This document shows, piece after piece, positions 50,080 through 62,232 of a DNA stretch of 64,000 bases (its first letter is position 1; each line of letters begins with the position of its first letter). Origin of the DNA: Lophium mytilinum (taxonomy: Eukaryota); the NCBI GenBank assembly GCA_010093605.1, contig MU004181.1, positions 1 to 64,000 of the forward strand, read 5' to 3'. A program made the translations under genes and the position numbers. Below the pieces are notes generated by a model that saw only the letters and a list, made by a program, of their open reading frames with translations, was not told the DNA's origin and ran no database searches.

Positions 50080-52920
50080 AAGTGTGATATGGGCACCACG
50101 ACTCTTTACATCGCATTTTGCTCTCACATAACTCGTTGGCGGACTTCAGACGGTAGGTTCAGCTCTCTAGAGGAGCAACATCAATGGCCTAATCTAGGGC
50201 TTCCGCCCATTTTCATAACTCTACAAGCTTGTCATTTCCCACAGCGTAATTCACAGCGGAAGGCTTTTTACATCGCATGTATGTGAATTTGAGTCCTATC
50301 AAGGACTTCAGACGGTACCAACGGCCGATCAAAGCAGCATGACGAGTGACGCAATCAGCGCTTCCGCTCATTTTGAACGTACTACTGGCTTGTTTTCGTG
50401 TAGCGTGACTCTCACCCTATAGCTTCCCACATTATGTTTAAACGGATCTCGACTTATAAAGGACTTCAGATGGTACCAACCACTTGCCAACTTAGCATCA
50501 CAAATGACCGTTATCAGTAAGACCGCTCATTGTCTAGACTCTACTGGCTTGTCATTTCCTGTAGCGTCATTTACACCCCATGGCTCCTTACATCGTATGT
50601 AGGTGGATTTCAGACCTATAGAGGGCTTCAGACGGTACCAACAGCCCATCAAAGCAGCACCGTGACCCACGTCAATCAGTGCTTCCGCCCATTTACGAGA
50701 CTGTAAGATGCTGGTATTCCCTACAACGTAATCCATAGTGCAGGGCATGTTACATCGTATGTAAACAAATTTTGGCCCTAGAAAGAACGTCGGACGGCAC
50801 CCACCGCACTCCAAAGTAGCGTCGCGATTGATTTCAATTAGTTTGCCATGCGTTTCCAAGGTTCTACGGGGCTGAGATCTCTTCCGGTAGGATTTACGCT
50901 GCAGGGTATGCTACATCACGCGTATACCAACTCCCGTTCTACAGGCCACCTCAGACGGTAGCTACAGCTCTCCAAAGCTGAAGCGGAGGGAGCCATACTT
51001 AGGGCTCAGCGCGTTTTTCAAGATCGAATAAAGCAAATTATCCGGAGAAGTAAATCACACTGCGGGGCATTTTACATCGTGTATAAATAATACTTAGCTC
51101 TACAGAGCACCTCTAATAGCAGCTATATGGTTTCATGACTGTAGCACAAAGGTTTCAAGTTCGGGCTTCGATGCGTTTGCAAGGTTTCAAGGGCCTATAT
51201 TTGCTACAGCGTGATTTACGCTGCAACGTTTGTGACATCGTATCCACACCTTTTTGGGCGTTACAGAGGACTCCAAACGGTATCTACGGCTTTTCACAGC
51301 ATATCACGATCGATTTCAATCTATAGTTCGGCACGGTTTCGAAGCTTCTATAGGCCTGATGTCGCTTACAGCGGGATTCACGGTGTACGGCTTGTGACAT
51401 TGCACCCATACATTTCTTGGTGTCAGAGAATACTCCAAACGGTGCCTACGGCGTTACGAAATAGATCGCGATTGACTTCGATCCGTGCTTCCCCAAATTT
51501 TCAAGCTTCTATAAGGATCATATTATCTGCAGTGTGATCTACGCTGCATAGCTTGTTACATCGTACCTATATATTCTAGGGGTCACAGAAGATTCCAGAC
51601 GGTAGCTTTGGAGGTGCAGACCGCTTCTCAAATGGCTTCAATGTTCAGTTCCGTCTAATATCAAGGTGCTAAGCTGCTCCGAATCTATGAAGGTTTGATC
51701 CATAGTTAGCGGCTCAGTACATCGTATCTCAATCTTTTGGCCTTGCTATAGGACTTCAGACGGTAGCTTCAGCGTTCCAGAACAACTTCATATGGAGGCT
51801 AACTGGCACGTCCGGGTAAGTTCAGTCTTGTTGGAGGGCCGTTTGTGCCCCGACGAAATTTACATTGCGAGGCTTTTGACATCGTGGTTCGATATCTTAG
51901 CGTCTTTCGAGCGCACTCCTATAGTGGCACCTGCGTTCCAGAACAACGTTCTATAGAGCCTGATCGCCATGTCCGTTTGATTTCAGTCTTCTATAAGGCT
52001 ACGTTTTTTTTGAAGCGCAATATATGATGCAGGGCTGTTAACATCGTGTCTCGACGATTTGGAGCCTTTCGAGGGCACTCAAACGGTAGCTTTGGCGTCC
52101 TAAAGCGTTATTCAATAGGGTCTAATCGGCATGTCCGTGTAATATCGGTTTCGTAGGAAGCTGCTTTTCGCCACAGGGTAAAATACGGTGCATGGCTTCT
52201 GACATCGTATCTCGATAATTCAGAGCCCTATGAGGGCACTCTTACGGTAGCACCGGCACTTTAGAACTGCAGTCTATGGAGTATAATACGCATGTTCGCG
52301 TGATTTCAGTCTCGTGGGAAGCTTCATCTTACCGCAGTGTGATATACACTGCATGGGTTTTGACATCATATCTTGATAAATTAGAACCTTTCGAGCGCAG
52401 CCTTACGGTGGCATTACTGTTCCAAATACCTTCATAGAAGGTTTCCATTCACTGTTTCTTGCGGTTTTAATATCTTTAACTGTTGATTTTAGCCTTGACG
52501 TGATCTATGCATAAAGGGTCTTTACATCATGAATAGATCTATCAGGGCTCGATGGAGGACTCCAGACGGTGGCTACAGTACCGCAGAAGAGCAGCCTAAC
52601 AGATGCCATTTAGCGTCTTAGTATGTTTTCTTTCTATTACGAAGACGCTATTTTCTATGGCCCAATATAGCCAGCCAGGCGTATGACATCGTATCTCTGT
52701 AAGCAGGGCGCTATGGCGGACCTCTAACGGTGGTATCAGCCTTGCAAAGAGTTCGACAGGAAGTTCCAATTCGGTGGCTTTTGCTATTTCAACGTCCTGA
52801 AGTGTTAGATATAGACAGGACATGAATCAGGCTTTGAGGCTCTTGACATCGTGAACTGACTTCTTCCGGATCGATGGAAGACTCCAGACGGTAGCATCAC
52901 TACTGCAAGACGACTGTACG
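50080..52920. repeat. Diverged tandem array, 18 units of ~161 bp
   Basis: An ACAT(C)G motif recurs at 159-162-bp spacing from 50108 to 52846, each followed ~41 bp later by a GACGGTAG-like motif. Confidence 0.92.
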
Positions 52921-53217
52921 ATGAGTTCAATTACGGTGACGCTAGAGATCACTTCAGAAAAAGCATGGATAGTGCCATTGCAAGGGAAACACAATTCAAT
53001 TCGCACCAGAATCTGTCTTCGGCTCCCGGTCTCTATCTACCCCCAAGGCCCTCTCCACGCCGCCGTCTTCCACGCATCACGCCCGAAGAACCACTCCAAT
53101 TCTGACCGCAGCAGCTCACGACCCCGAAAACTACTCCTAAACCCCCCCCACCTCCCCGCCCCCCCCGAAGGTGCCCTCCTTTGTGCAGTTCCAGGTGGTC
53201 GATATGTGATCTGGGAC

Positions 53218-53967
53218 TCAATAGCCCCAGGTCTCCCACATATCGGCCACCTCGAATTGCACAAATTCGGGCACCCTCTCGTCCACCGCCAACCTCCCCA
53301 GGTCCTGCCCCAACTCCGCCATCCACTCCTCCCCTCCGGCTCCCCCCTCCTCTCCCCATCCTCCCGTCTCCCCCGCCAACTTCTCCTTGATGTCCGTGAG
53401 GAACATCAACAAAACTTCAATATCACCGCCGTCTTCCTCCCTCTCTCCGTTGATGATGGTCTTCGCCGCCGCAAACACCGTCATTCCCAGCACGTTGAGC
53501 GGCGCGGTCGGGGGCAGCTTGTACAGCTCGCCCAGTAGGGCCACGCAGCCGGTGCTCCGCGTCTCCTTCTTCTCGAAGTCCGACAAGAGTTGGCCGAAGA
53601 GGAGGCGGCGGATGAGGGCGACGCCGCGGAGGGGCCGGCCGCGCGTGTTCTTGGTGGCCTCGTCGGTGGTGTTGGCGGCGACGAGGGTGCCGAGGCGGTT
53701 GAGGAGGGCGGCGCCGGAGACTGACCAGGTGGGGGCGGTCCAGGCGCGGTGGTACACCACCATGAGGGCGACGCGGAGGGTGTAGGCGTCGGGCTCGGCT
53801 GGGCTCCGGGCATTGATGAGGCCGGCGAGCGGGGCGGCGTGGGCGTCGAGGGTGGAGGGCGTGAGGGCGGGCATGGCGTCGACGAGGGCCTTGACCTGCT
53901 CCTTGATGGAGTGGGTGGGGGCGGTCGCGGCAGTGTTGGCGGACGGGGTGGCTCCGAACGTGCTCAT
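53218..53967 (-). CDS. Stand-alone MIF4G-like (eIF4G middle domain) helical protein, ~249 aa
   Basis: IRRLLFGQLLSDFE, GCVALLGELYK, DIEVLLMFLTDIKEKL and VQFEVADM parallel MIF4G consensus blocks. GC-rich and intronless, with a TATA-like element at ~54150. Confidence 0.7.
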   Translation of the reverse strand: MSTFGATPSANTAATAPTHSIKEQVKALVDAMPALTPSTLDAHAAPLAGLINARSPAEPDAYTLRVALMVVYHRAWTAPTWSVSGAALLNRLGTLVAANTTDEATKNTRGRPLRGVALIRRLLFGQLLSDFEKKETRSTGCVALLGELYKLPPTAPLNVLGMTVFAAAKTIINGEREEDGGDIEVLLMFLTDIKEKLAGETGGWGEEGGAGGEEWMAELGQDLGRLAVDERVPEFVQFEVADMWETWGY

Positions 53968-55431
53968 GATGGCGGTGGAGGCGGCGGAGACTTGGTGGTG
54001 GTGGTCTGGGTGGTGACGACTGGCCGTGGCCTTTGTGATGATGATGATGGTGCTGGTGGTGCTGGTGCTGGTGCCGCTGTGTGTGTGTGTAGGCAAGGAG
54101 CTGAGGTTGTGAACTGGAAAAAGAAGATTTGGAGGTGGGTGGGCCATGGATATATAGTCAGGCGAATTCGGCTACCTTCACTTAGACCAGTGAAGGTGCA
54201 ACAGGCACCAGAAGCGAGCGCGGGTCCTGTCTGCGGCATGGCCTGGCCGCCAGGCGGGTGTTGGAGGGGTGATCACTAGTGAAGTGGGCGCTAACGTGAG
54301 CAGCTTGGAGAAGCTGGGCGTGAGGATCTTGGAGCTACCTACATCTTTTATACTGGACTGGCCACAGCTGCAGTATGGTTACCCTTCTTATATATGCAAT
54401 GGCAAGACATAGGTATGGGGCAGTGGAGTGTACATGTCAATTGGACTCGGTCAGTGACAGACTTGGAGCGGAGTCTTTTGGGATTGGAGGACCTGGAGGA
54501 GTTGGACGGTCAATGAAACGCTCTGGAGAACTGTGAGAGTGGCATTCAGGCCGGGTAGATTGATTCCATTGCCGTGGAGGGTCCTGGAGCTTCAATAATA
54601 TATCGATTGATGTTTACTTCCGTGTAATTGAGGCTTAGCAGGGTGCAGGCAGCTCTAAGAGCGACATGGGGAACCTGCATCCTTACTACAAGATTCGGAA
54701 CTTCGAAGCGGATGGTTTCTGGATGGAGTTGGTCTCGAAGTTGTTAATGTACACTCAATATCCTGACGTTCATCACCGGGAACCTACAGGCGTTCCAAGA
54801 CACTAGAACGGGTAGAGGCGAACGTGTAAGCCATCCTCAAGGAATTCTGCAGGATGTGGACAGCGAGGCGAAGTGACAAAATGATTATCCAGGGGTGTAG
54901 CTGTGGGCTGAAGAGTAGACTGTGCTTATAGCGGTATCTTAGTGGTAAAATCGACCCCTCAGAAGTCTTGATCCCGAACGCTAAGCTACTCCAGGTAAGT
55001 TGCATAGCAGTGTTCTGTGCGCTGCGTAGCCATAAAGCTGTGTAGGGCAAATTTTTAACTCGCTGCGAGAAAGTGGATTCAACACTGACTCGACTCTGCC
55101 GCGCGTCAAGCCGCCATTGGACGTGGCGGTGGCGAGCCTGAGGGCTAACATTGGATTTCAACGCGAGACTGAGAGATGTATGTGACCTCTCGACAGCTAC
55201 TGTACGCGCTGGTGTGCGTGCTGAAGGGCGTCTGACGCCTCTATAGATCAGCACACGTGAACGAAAACAAATTACCATCTATAAAGTAATTGGAATACAG
55301 TGAATGAAGCCATCTACAGAGACCCCTACATGCACGCTAGACAACCACAAATGACTCCAGTTGGAGGGTTTCACCCCTCTCGAACCGGAGCGCAACCCAA
55401 AAAGACAAAAAGAAGCACATTCACCCCTCCG

Positions 55432-55442
55432 CGACTCGAACC
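55432..55442 (-). promoter_or_regulatory. Downstream Pol III B-box of the U6 gene (second B-box-like copy at ~55376-55386)
   Basis: GGTTCGAGTCG about 30 nt past the terminator, and GGTTCGAGAGG further on. Confidence 0.65.
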
Positions 55443-55471
55443 CCAACCACCCGTCACCAAAAAAAACTTCA

Positions 55472-55573
55472 AAAAAATTTGTAGCTACTCTTTGATAAAG
55501 CGTGTCATCCTTAGTGCAGGGGCCAATGCTAATCTTCTCTGGGATCGCAACAATAGACCATGTGCCCGAAGGC
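55472..55573 (-). ncRNA. U6: U6 spliceosomal snRNA (variant copy)
   Basis: Minus strand reads GCCTTCGGGCACATGGTCTATTGTTGCGATCCCAGAGAAGATTAGCATTGGCCCCTGCACTAAGGATGACACGCTTTATCAAAGAGTAGCTACAAATTTTTTT. It shows the 5' hairpin, AGC triad, ISL and oligo-T terminator. Confidence 0.95.
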
Positions 55574-55594
55574 GAAGTTCGTTGAATTTAAAGT

Positions 55595-55603
55595 AAATAT
55601 ATA
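55595..55603 (-). promoter_or_regulatory. TATA box of the U6 gene
   Basis: TATATATTT about 30 nt upstream of the U6 5' end. Confidence 0.75.
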
Positions 55604-56840
55604 GACCCAGAAACGGGCGGGGTCAGTGCACGGTTGTACGCGCCCCACCACAACAACGGCCCTCGTAGGCCGCGAGAACTTCGGCAAAGGGGTCTTTAGG
55701 CATGTGCGAACAGCTAGGCGGGCTCATAGCCAGTGTGCGCGAGCTCACTGTCGCCGGCGGCTCCGCGGGCCAGCGCCTACGGCCAGCGGACGGGCTGGGC
55801 TGCAAGCCTTTGCAGTTTGTGAGCAGTTATAAGAGAGAAACAGCTATGTCGTACTCATTACAGCGAGCTTCAACACACTTTTCTTATGTCTCTGCATACG
55901 ACGTCGCCCAAGTGGAAGTTCGAGGCCAAACAATGGTAGCGCGTGCAAACAATTGAGTCCGAGCCGCCCATCCGAGTCCCACAACGCCCCTACACCTCCC
56001 CCGTTCCAAAAAGGACACCAAAGTCTACTTGCGGCCTTGTTCAGGTACTACTGGCCTCTTCACAGAGTCATCAAGCATTAGGAAGGACCGGCTGTCCAAT
56101 CGCTGTACCTTCACCCGCCTCCACCTGCTCTACAAACAGGCCACAAGGTCCACACTCAACCTACTCTAGTTGCCAGCTCGTAGTCGGGCAGCTCTTCGAC
56201 GATCTATTGCCAAACCTCAGGACGCTACTGCCTCCGCACGCCCGGCGCATTATAAACAGTTACTACTTCCATTCACTCAAGACTCCCGCATTACAGCTAT
56301 GAGTGATGGGTTATTTGGCTTTCAGGGATGGGTAATCATTTCCACAGGAGGGTAGATACATGGATTATGTTTAGAGGCAGGGACGGGTGATATACGCGAA
56401 CCTAGGGGGGGGGGAATGGGAGAGATAAAGGTTAGACATTGATGGCGAACGGGGCTTTCAATTTAACGGGGATGTATACATGTCTTTGCGAAATGGAAGA
56501 TGCAGCACTCATTTCGCAAGTTGTTGCTCGCTAGAGGCAAACAAATGGACCAGGAATGGGGGTGTCAGTGATCAGGTAGTCTATGGTTGTATTTCAAGAA
56601 GTGAGTGAAAAGCTTTCTGCTTTATAGAATCACTGGTCGTGCATACTTACATGAGGGCGGGATATTGGAACAATGGTAGTTCACGCCTTCGTAGTGGCAA
56701 TAGTTGAAGAATTAATGTGTTGAAACAATCGACTACCATGACGGCAGGATGTGGCCCAAGCCAAGGTAGCTCTGTTGAAAAGCCGATCTGGGTATACTAC
56801 GCCACTGAAAAGAACCCTCACACCGTCCGCTCTCCCACTT

Positions 56841-58283
56841 TCAACCCTCAAGCCTCTCCGCCTCGCGCCTCCAAAACTCCACCAACTCCTTCATCCTTAT
56901 CCTCTCATTCGGCTCCTTGCGTCTACACGCGCCCACCACCTCCCTCCAGCTCTCCGGCATCTCCTCCGTCATCGTCGTCCAAACAACCCCATTCTTAATG
57001 CCATCTCCATAAACATCCACAATTTCCTGCAAATGGTCCAACGCCACCTGCTCCAACAACTGCCACATCACCGTCCCAAGGCTCCACACTTCCGCCAGCT
57101 CCACGGCCTTCGGGCACTGCTTCTTCCACTCCGCGAACACAACCCAGCCCGGAGACCCGATCCAGTTGTTCCGCCGCGAAGGGCCGGTGTAGCGCTTGTA
57201 CAGCACCGGCGCATCGTCGCCTATGACCTCCGAAGCAGCCATATCCGCAACAGCGAGGTCAAACTCGCCGTTCGCCTCAGGCGCGAGGGTGAACGAGTTC
57301 GCACCGCACTGCTCCCAGTCGATAACGATGAGGTTCGCGTCGTTATCTAGCAGCGTGTTCGCGGTTTTGAGGTCCTGGTGCCACGCGCCGTCCACAGAAT
57401 GAGCGTGGTAGAGGGCGGAGGCCAGCTGGAAGCACCACCGCGCCTTGTAGTGGAGTGGGATCTGCACTTCGTACTCTATGGCTTCACCAATCGCTGCGGC
57501 GACGGAGAGCTTCGGGTAGTACGGGTACAATGCGCCGCAGATCAGGGGCTCGCCGTAGCGGTCTTGCTGGAAGGTAGCAAAGGCGAGGGGCGGCGGCATG
57601 ATGTTTGGGTGGGGAGAGAGCACGGTGCTGAGCATCTCCAGCTCGCGGTAGATGCCGGCGAGGTGGTTGCGGTAGGTGGGCGGGTCGAACGCCAGGTAGT
57701 CGGCGAAGGAGAGGCCTTTGTACACCATGAGGGTGTCTGGGGCGCCTTTGGTCAGGACTTTCATCGCGCCGCCGCGGTAGGAGGAGAACGCGGTGAGGAA
57801 GCGGATCTCCGAGAGCGGGGTCAGGGTGACGGGGACGGGCTGGCCGGAGAGGTGGAGGTGCTTGGAGCCGACGAGCTCGGAGATGGTCTTGAGGGAGCGG
57901 ACGAAGGGGTAGAAGGAGTGGAAGTTCTCTTTGCTCTGTAGGTCCGGGGAGTCGGGCTTGGTGGAGATGTTCAGGATCTCCTCGTCTTTGAACTCGCGGT
58001 CGCCCAGCACGGCTATCGCATCAGAAACGCAGGTTTCTACCATTGCTTTGATATCATCGGGTGGAATCAACGAACGCCCACCCTTTCCCATGGCGTCAAG
58101 CCCTAAGAACGCGTTGACGATGCGGCTCTCTAGGACTTCTTGATCTTGAATGCAGACGGTGATGCGGCGGAGGGAGTGCCTGTGTTGGAGGACTGCGTAG
58201 ACGGTTCTGCGCGGCCTGTTGCCTTTGAGGTTGAAGAGCTCCCATGCTGGCTCAGCGGTGCCGGTCATCTCGACGTCGGCCAT
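56841..58283 (-). CDS. Atypical fungal protein kinase-like protein (480 aa)
   Basis: MVYK (beta3 Lys), HQDLKTAN catalytic loop, IDWE in place of DFG, APE, and EVWSLG. Intronless and GC-rich. Confidence 0.88.
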   Translation of the reverse strand: MADVEMTGTAEPAWELFNLKGNRPRRTVYAVLQHRHSLRRITVCIQDQEVLESRIVNAFLGLDAMGKGGRSLIPPDDIKAMVETCVSDAIAVLGDREFKDEEILNISTKPDSPDLQSKENFHSFYPFVRSLKTISELVGSKHLHLSGQPVPVTLTPLSEIRFLTAFSSYRGGAMKVLTKGAPDTLMVYKGLSFADYLAFDPPTYRNHLAGIYRELEMLSTVLSPHPNIMPPPLAFATFQQDRYGEPLICGALYPYYPKLSVAAAIGEAIEYEVQIPLHYKARWCFQLASALYHAHSVDGAWHQDLKTANTLLDNDANLIVIDWEQCGANSFTLAPEANGEFDLAVADMAASEVIGDDAPVLYKRYTGPSRRNNWIGSPGWVVFAEWKKQCPKAVELAEVWSLGTVMWQLLEQVALDHLQEIVDVYGDGIKNGVVWTTMTEEMPESWREVVGACRRKEPNERIRMKELVEFWRREAERLEG

Positions 58284-61200
58284 CTTGTGGAGGGTGGAGA
58301 AGTCAAGAAAGGGACAAAAGGTCAGATTGGCGTTGATGTTGATTTAAGGGCGGAGGCGCATGCACGGCTGACGGGAAGTGGAGTGTGAGTCAAGCTACCT
58401 TATTAGGCCCGCCGTGGAGGAGTAAGCGAGGGTAAGCAGGACCGGCGCAGAACGGGGATGTCCAAGCGACGCGCCAAGAGAATGCTCGATTGGAAAACCA
58501 CGACAACGAAATTACCAGATGGGGGAATCCCTGCTCATGCGCTATGAAATATATCGATGCAGCTTCACGGAGGCGATACGAACCAAGCGAAAATCCGACA
58601 AGACAAGTCTCCGCGCCAAAGGCAGGCTTCTTAGCAGGCAAGGCTAGCAGCAACCCACAAGAGCTCGTCGACAATCCTCTATACACTCTTGACTAGTAAG
58701 TATAGGGACCAATACAACCTACAACACAGTTAGCGTCCCTTCCTTCGTATGATAGGCTTCGCCGTCCCTCAATTTTTCTTGAAAGCTTCGACGTCTTCGA
58801 CCGCCGCCATCATTACCGACTCCTCAATCGCGCAGGACGGCGAGCCAGCAACACATGACAAGCCCACAAACTTCTTGCTACGGCCTAGAGATGCCTACAC
58901 TCATAAGCGCATGCTCCAGCTCGGCCAAACGTCGTGTGATACGTTCGCGGGAAACATATTCGCGCGACAAACAGAAGCCTCTCTGCTGCAGCAACTTTTG
59001 CGCAATGTCGCTGCGCGGCATCCCCTTCATTCCAGAGACTGACATATGAGCCTGATAGGACTCCATAGGGCTTCCTTACGCAGCTATCGCTTACTTGCGC
59101 GCTCAAAAGTCACCATCTCTTTTCCCTCTTCGTCTACCACGTCGACCGCCGGCCAGCCGACCACGAGCTGGGACTAGATTGCAGCAAACACGAAAGTTCT
59201 CTCTTCATACAACGGAATGATTGCAAGAACAGATGACGCTCCAGTCTGGACAGGCTGCCGGAAAAAGTAGGCAGAGCACTTTGCGTGGCGATTAGATGCT
59301 TGTCGGCGGATCAAGCGAGGGGCAACGTTCCTTCAACAAACCTCCATACAAACCTCAATGAATAATCCATGAACTAGATATATCTTTCGACCAGTATCGC
59401 TCTCGAACACCTTATCCTCCTTACAAGCGACGACCCTGGCGTCGAAAATTAGGCCACATCCTCCTGATCCACCTTGAGGACAGAGACGGGCGACTCCAAA
59501 GTTTCCAGGGGCCGATCCAGGGCCGGTCTCATTGTACAAGACTCTTTCTTTACGAAGATGGGTGGAGTATCACCGCCCTTAGAGCGCCCTTACGAGCGGT
59601 ATGCCGTCTCCTCTCTAGGCCCAACTTTCTCAAAATAATAAGATACATTCTTCAAGGCCGGACTATGTTGCTCGAGGCCCGCCCCCTTGGCCAGTATCAC
59701 CACCGACCCGTTGGCGACTGCGCATCTCACGCATGCCCTCTACAACTCAATTATCGAGAAAGCGCGAAGGCTCCTCGAGTGGACGAAACACGTCCTGGTA
59801 ATCAAAAAGATCAACATACGTCGGTGGAAGAGTATTACAACCATGACTTCTTTGTGGATGTAGCCAACGGAGACTTGGAAGTCTGACAGGTCATCGAGTA
59901 GGAACAGTAATATCCTTTAGTCTTGCGTTATGGTCCACGTGTGCTAACCCACTCGATAGGGAGTCTAACACAATACCATTCGCTGGAATAGGACCAACGA
60001 AGGTCAACTCTCCTGGACATGCAATACGTGGATGTGCTTCTCTACCGGCCTCAAGGCTTGGCATAACTGAGTACCCCCCAGCCCATTGACTCCTCGTCCT
60101 GGAGTACGTACGACATGGATTACAACGACCGATATCGTCGCCAAGACCTACGACGGAGCCTATGGAGCAATCTGATAAGATCGAATAACCGATGAAGCAT
60201 TCTAGACATAGTAGGGGTATAAAAAAGCTTGACTGCCCGTTGTCCCAAGGCAGGCGTTTCCTGTGCTGAAGCCTAAAGCAGCACAATTGTCAGGATACCT
60301 ACCGTCTTCCCACAGTTTGCGTTCTCGAAAATGAACCGTCTCTCGTCAGCTCTGAGGTATTTGGGCGACATCTCGATCACCGGTAGGAGTCACGGGGCAT
60401 ACCCCTAGGTTCCTTCAGCGACCGGATGTTCTTAGACCAACAGACGAGAGGCTACCAACTTCTCCGCCGAACTTTCACAGATCTTCTCGACGAAGCTGCC
60501 CGGGGGATATCTTCCGGTGTAACTTAGTGCTGCACTATCTTGAGCACTCTTCTGGTGGCGGCCGTGACCGGGACCTTACTCTGTACATGGCAAAATCTCG
60601 GCATTACGAAACACATTATCGTTTGGCCTTGGAGCTGACTTGAGCAGACAAAAAGCGGAATCGGGCCTCAACACGACGCTCCAAATGGACATCTTGTGTG
60701 AGCAATTAGCGAAGAGAATACGCCCAGCAGCAGCCTGGTCCGGGAGACTTCGTCCTCCCAGGAAAGGCTGGTGAAGTCTTGCATGAGGAGATATGAACCC
60801 ATTGTTGAGAACAGGGATCAAACCTTTCTCCTCGATTGGCCAAGCCTGAGACCACACGATCAGTATCTCCCTATTGAACCGACCAATACTAATCGGCCTC
60901 CGCACGGATCGAAACAACTGGAGGCTCACCAAGCTATACAGGCCTAAGTCTTGTGGCAAGGGATATCATACTCCAACCAACCAACCTAAGAGCGATGTCC
61001 CCAGGCTTGATCCACGTTAGACGGAGTCGCTATAGTCCAGCAGCCCATATACTATCCATTGTGAACAGCTTATTCCAACTCTTGTGTACCCAGCAACTTC
61101 GATATCCCCGCATGGACAGCAAGCCCTATACCCGGTATGCCCAGTACTTCCAGGTCCCGTGGGAACGGCAAGCTTAAAGAATGGTATGAAGAGCCAGCCC

Positions 61201-62232
61201 CATGGCCATCGCTCGTCGGCCTGCCCTAGAGAGGCGGTCGACTTCTAGGGAGAGATCACCCGGTGGTGAGGGGGTTTGAAGGGGTTGACAGAGGAGAGAA
61301 GGACGGAGGAAGTCACCAACGGACGTTGCCTGAAGTCGGGGCGTGTTCGGATGTCGAGGGATATGCAGCATAGCATGCGGCCGCCACGAAGGAGGAAGAG
61401 GAGGGACGTACCTATGCGATTAGGTCAAGGAGAAAGGCGTTCGAGGTAGTTACTGCAGAAAAAGTGTGGACAAAGAGTTTCATGGGGAGGCGGAGAAGAA
61501 GCTCCGTTGAACGTTTCTTCTTGGCCTAGGTCATCACGTGGGACACTCGGAACAACACGCATAAGGGTGGAGGCGAGCAAGTACCGGTAAGTTCACTATG
61601 TCTAGCTATTTAGGACCTCGAAAACTGATTTCTCTTTTCTCTATAGCAAGCAGAAGGCCTGGTATCCCTCTGAAAGCACCAAGGGAAGTGGAGCTGAAAC
61701 CCCCCTTGCTGGCCTTCCCCGAGGGACTATCACGGCCTTTCGACCCATCACTCCTGGTGCACCGCCTGAATCAGCCCCATACTTGCAGCATCTTCCCATT
61801 CCCTCGGCACTAACATCGACGTCTCCTAGCCAATGCCATCTGCTCTCCATTCTGCCCACCGTCAAGGCCCAATTCGCGCCCTCAAACCCCAGTCCTCATC
61901 CACGAGAAGCAAAAGGGGCCGTCCCTCAGCACACCCTACCGCCCAAGCTGAGTCACGCTGTGCGAGCAACAGTTTCGGCAAAGAGGGTTAAACACTAGTG
62001 TTCGCTTGAGAGCGGGATACAGTTGTGTTTGTCGGCTTTCGCTGGTCAATTCACGCCGGCAAGTCCTGCCCACAGACGCTAAACCCAACACGAAAATCCC
62101 TTCCGCCAATTTAAGCCTCCATTTCCACGTCCTCACCAGCAGCTCCACCACAGCCTCTTGGACCTCTTCCACCACACGCATACTATATACACACACACAC
62201 ACAACAACCTACACCTTATACAAAGCATCAGT

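Noticed and set aside
50080..52920. 161-bp array read as a CRISPR array or as a repeated exon-intron gene (ACATC|GTATGT resembles a donor)
   Set aside because: The context is eukaryotic, the repeats are not identical and there are no cas genes. Several units lack the GT or the downstream AG, the implied intron would be only ~37 nt, and no consistent frame or branch site was found.
52921..54279. Several overlapping Pro/Gly-rich ORFs
   Set aside because: Artefacts of very high GC over the MIF4G-like gene; only the minus-strand frame ending at 53218 looks protein-like.
58700..61400. Coding-like stretch with scattered stops (possible decayed gene or genes)
   Set aside because: No recognisable motif or consistent exon chain could be assembled by eye; it needs tBLASTn/BLASTx.
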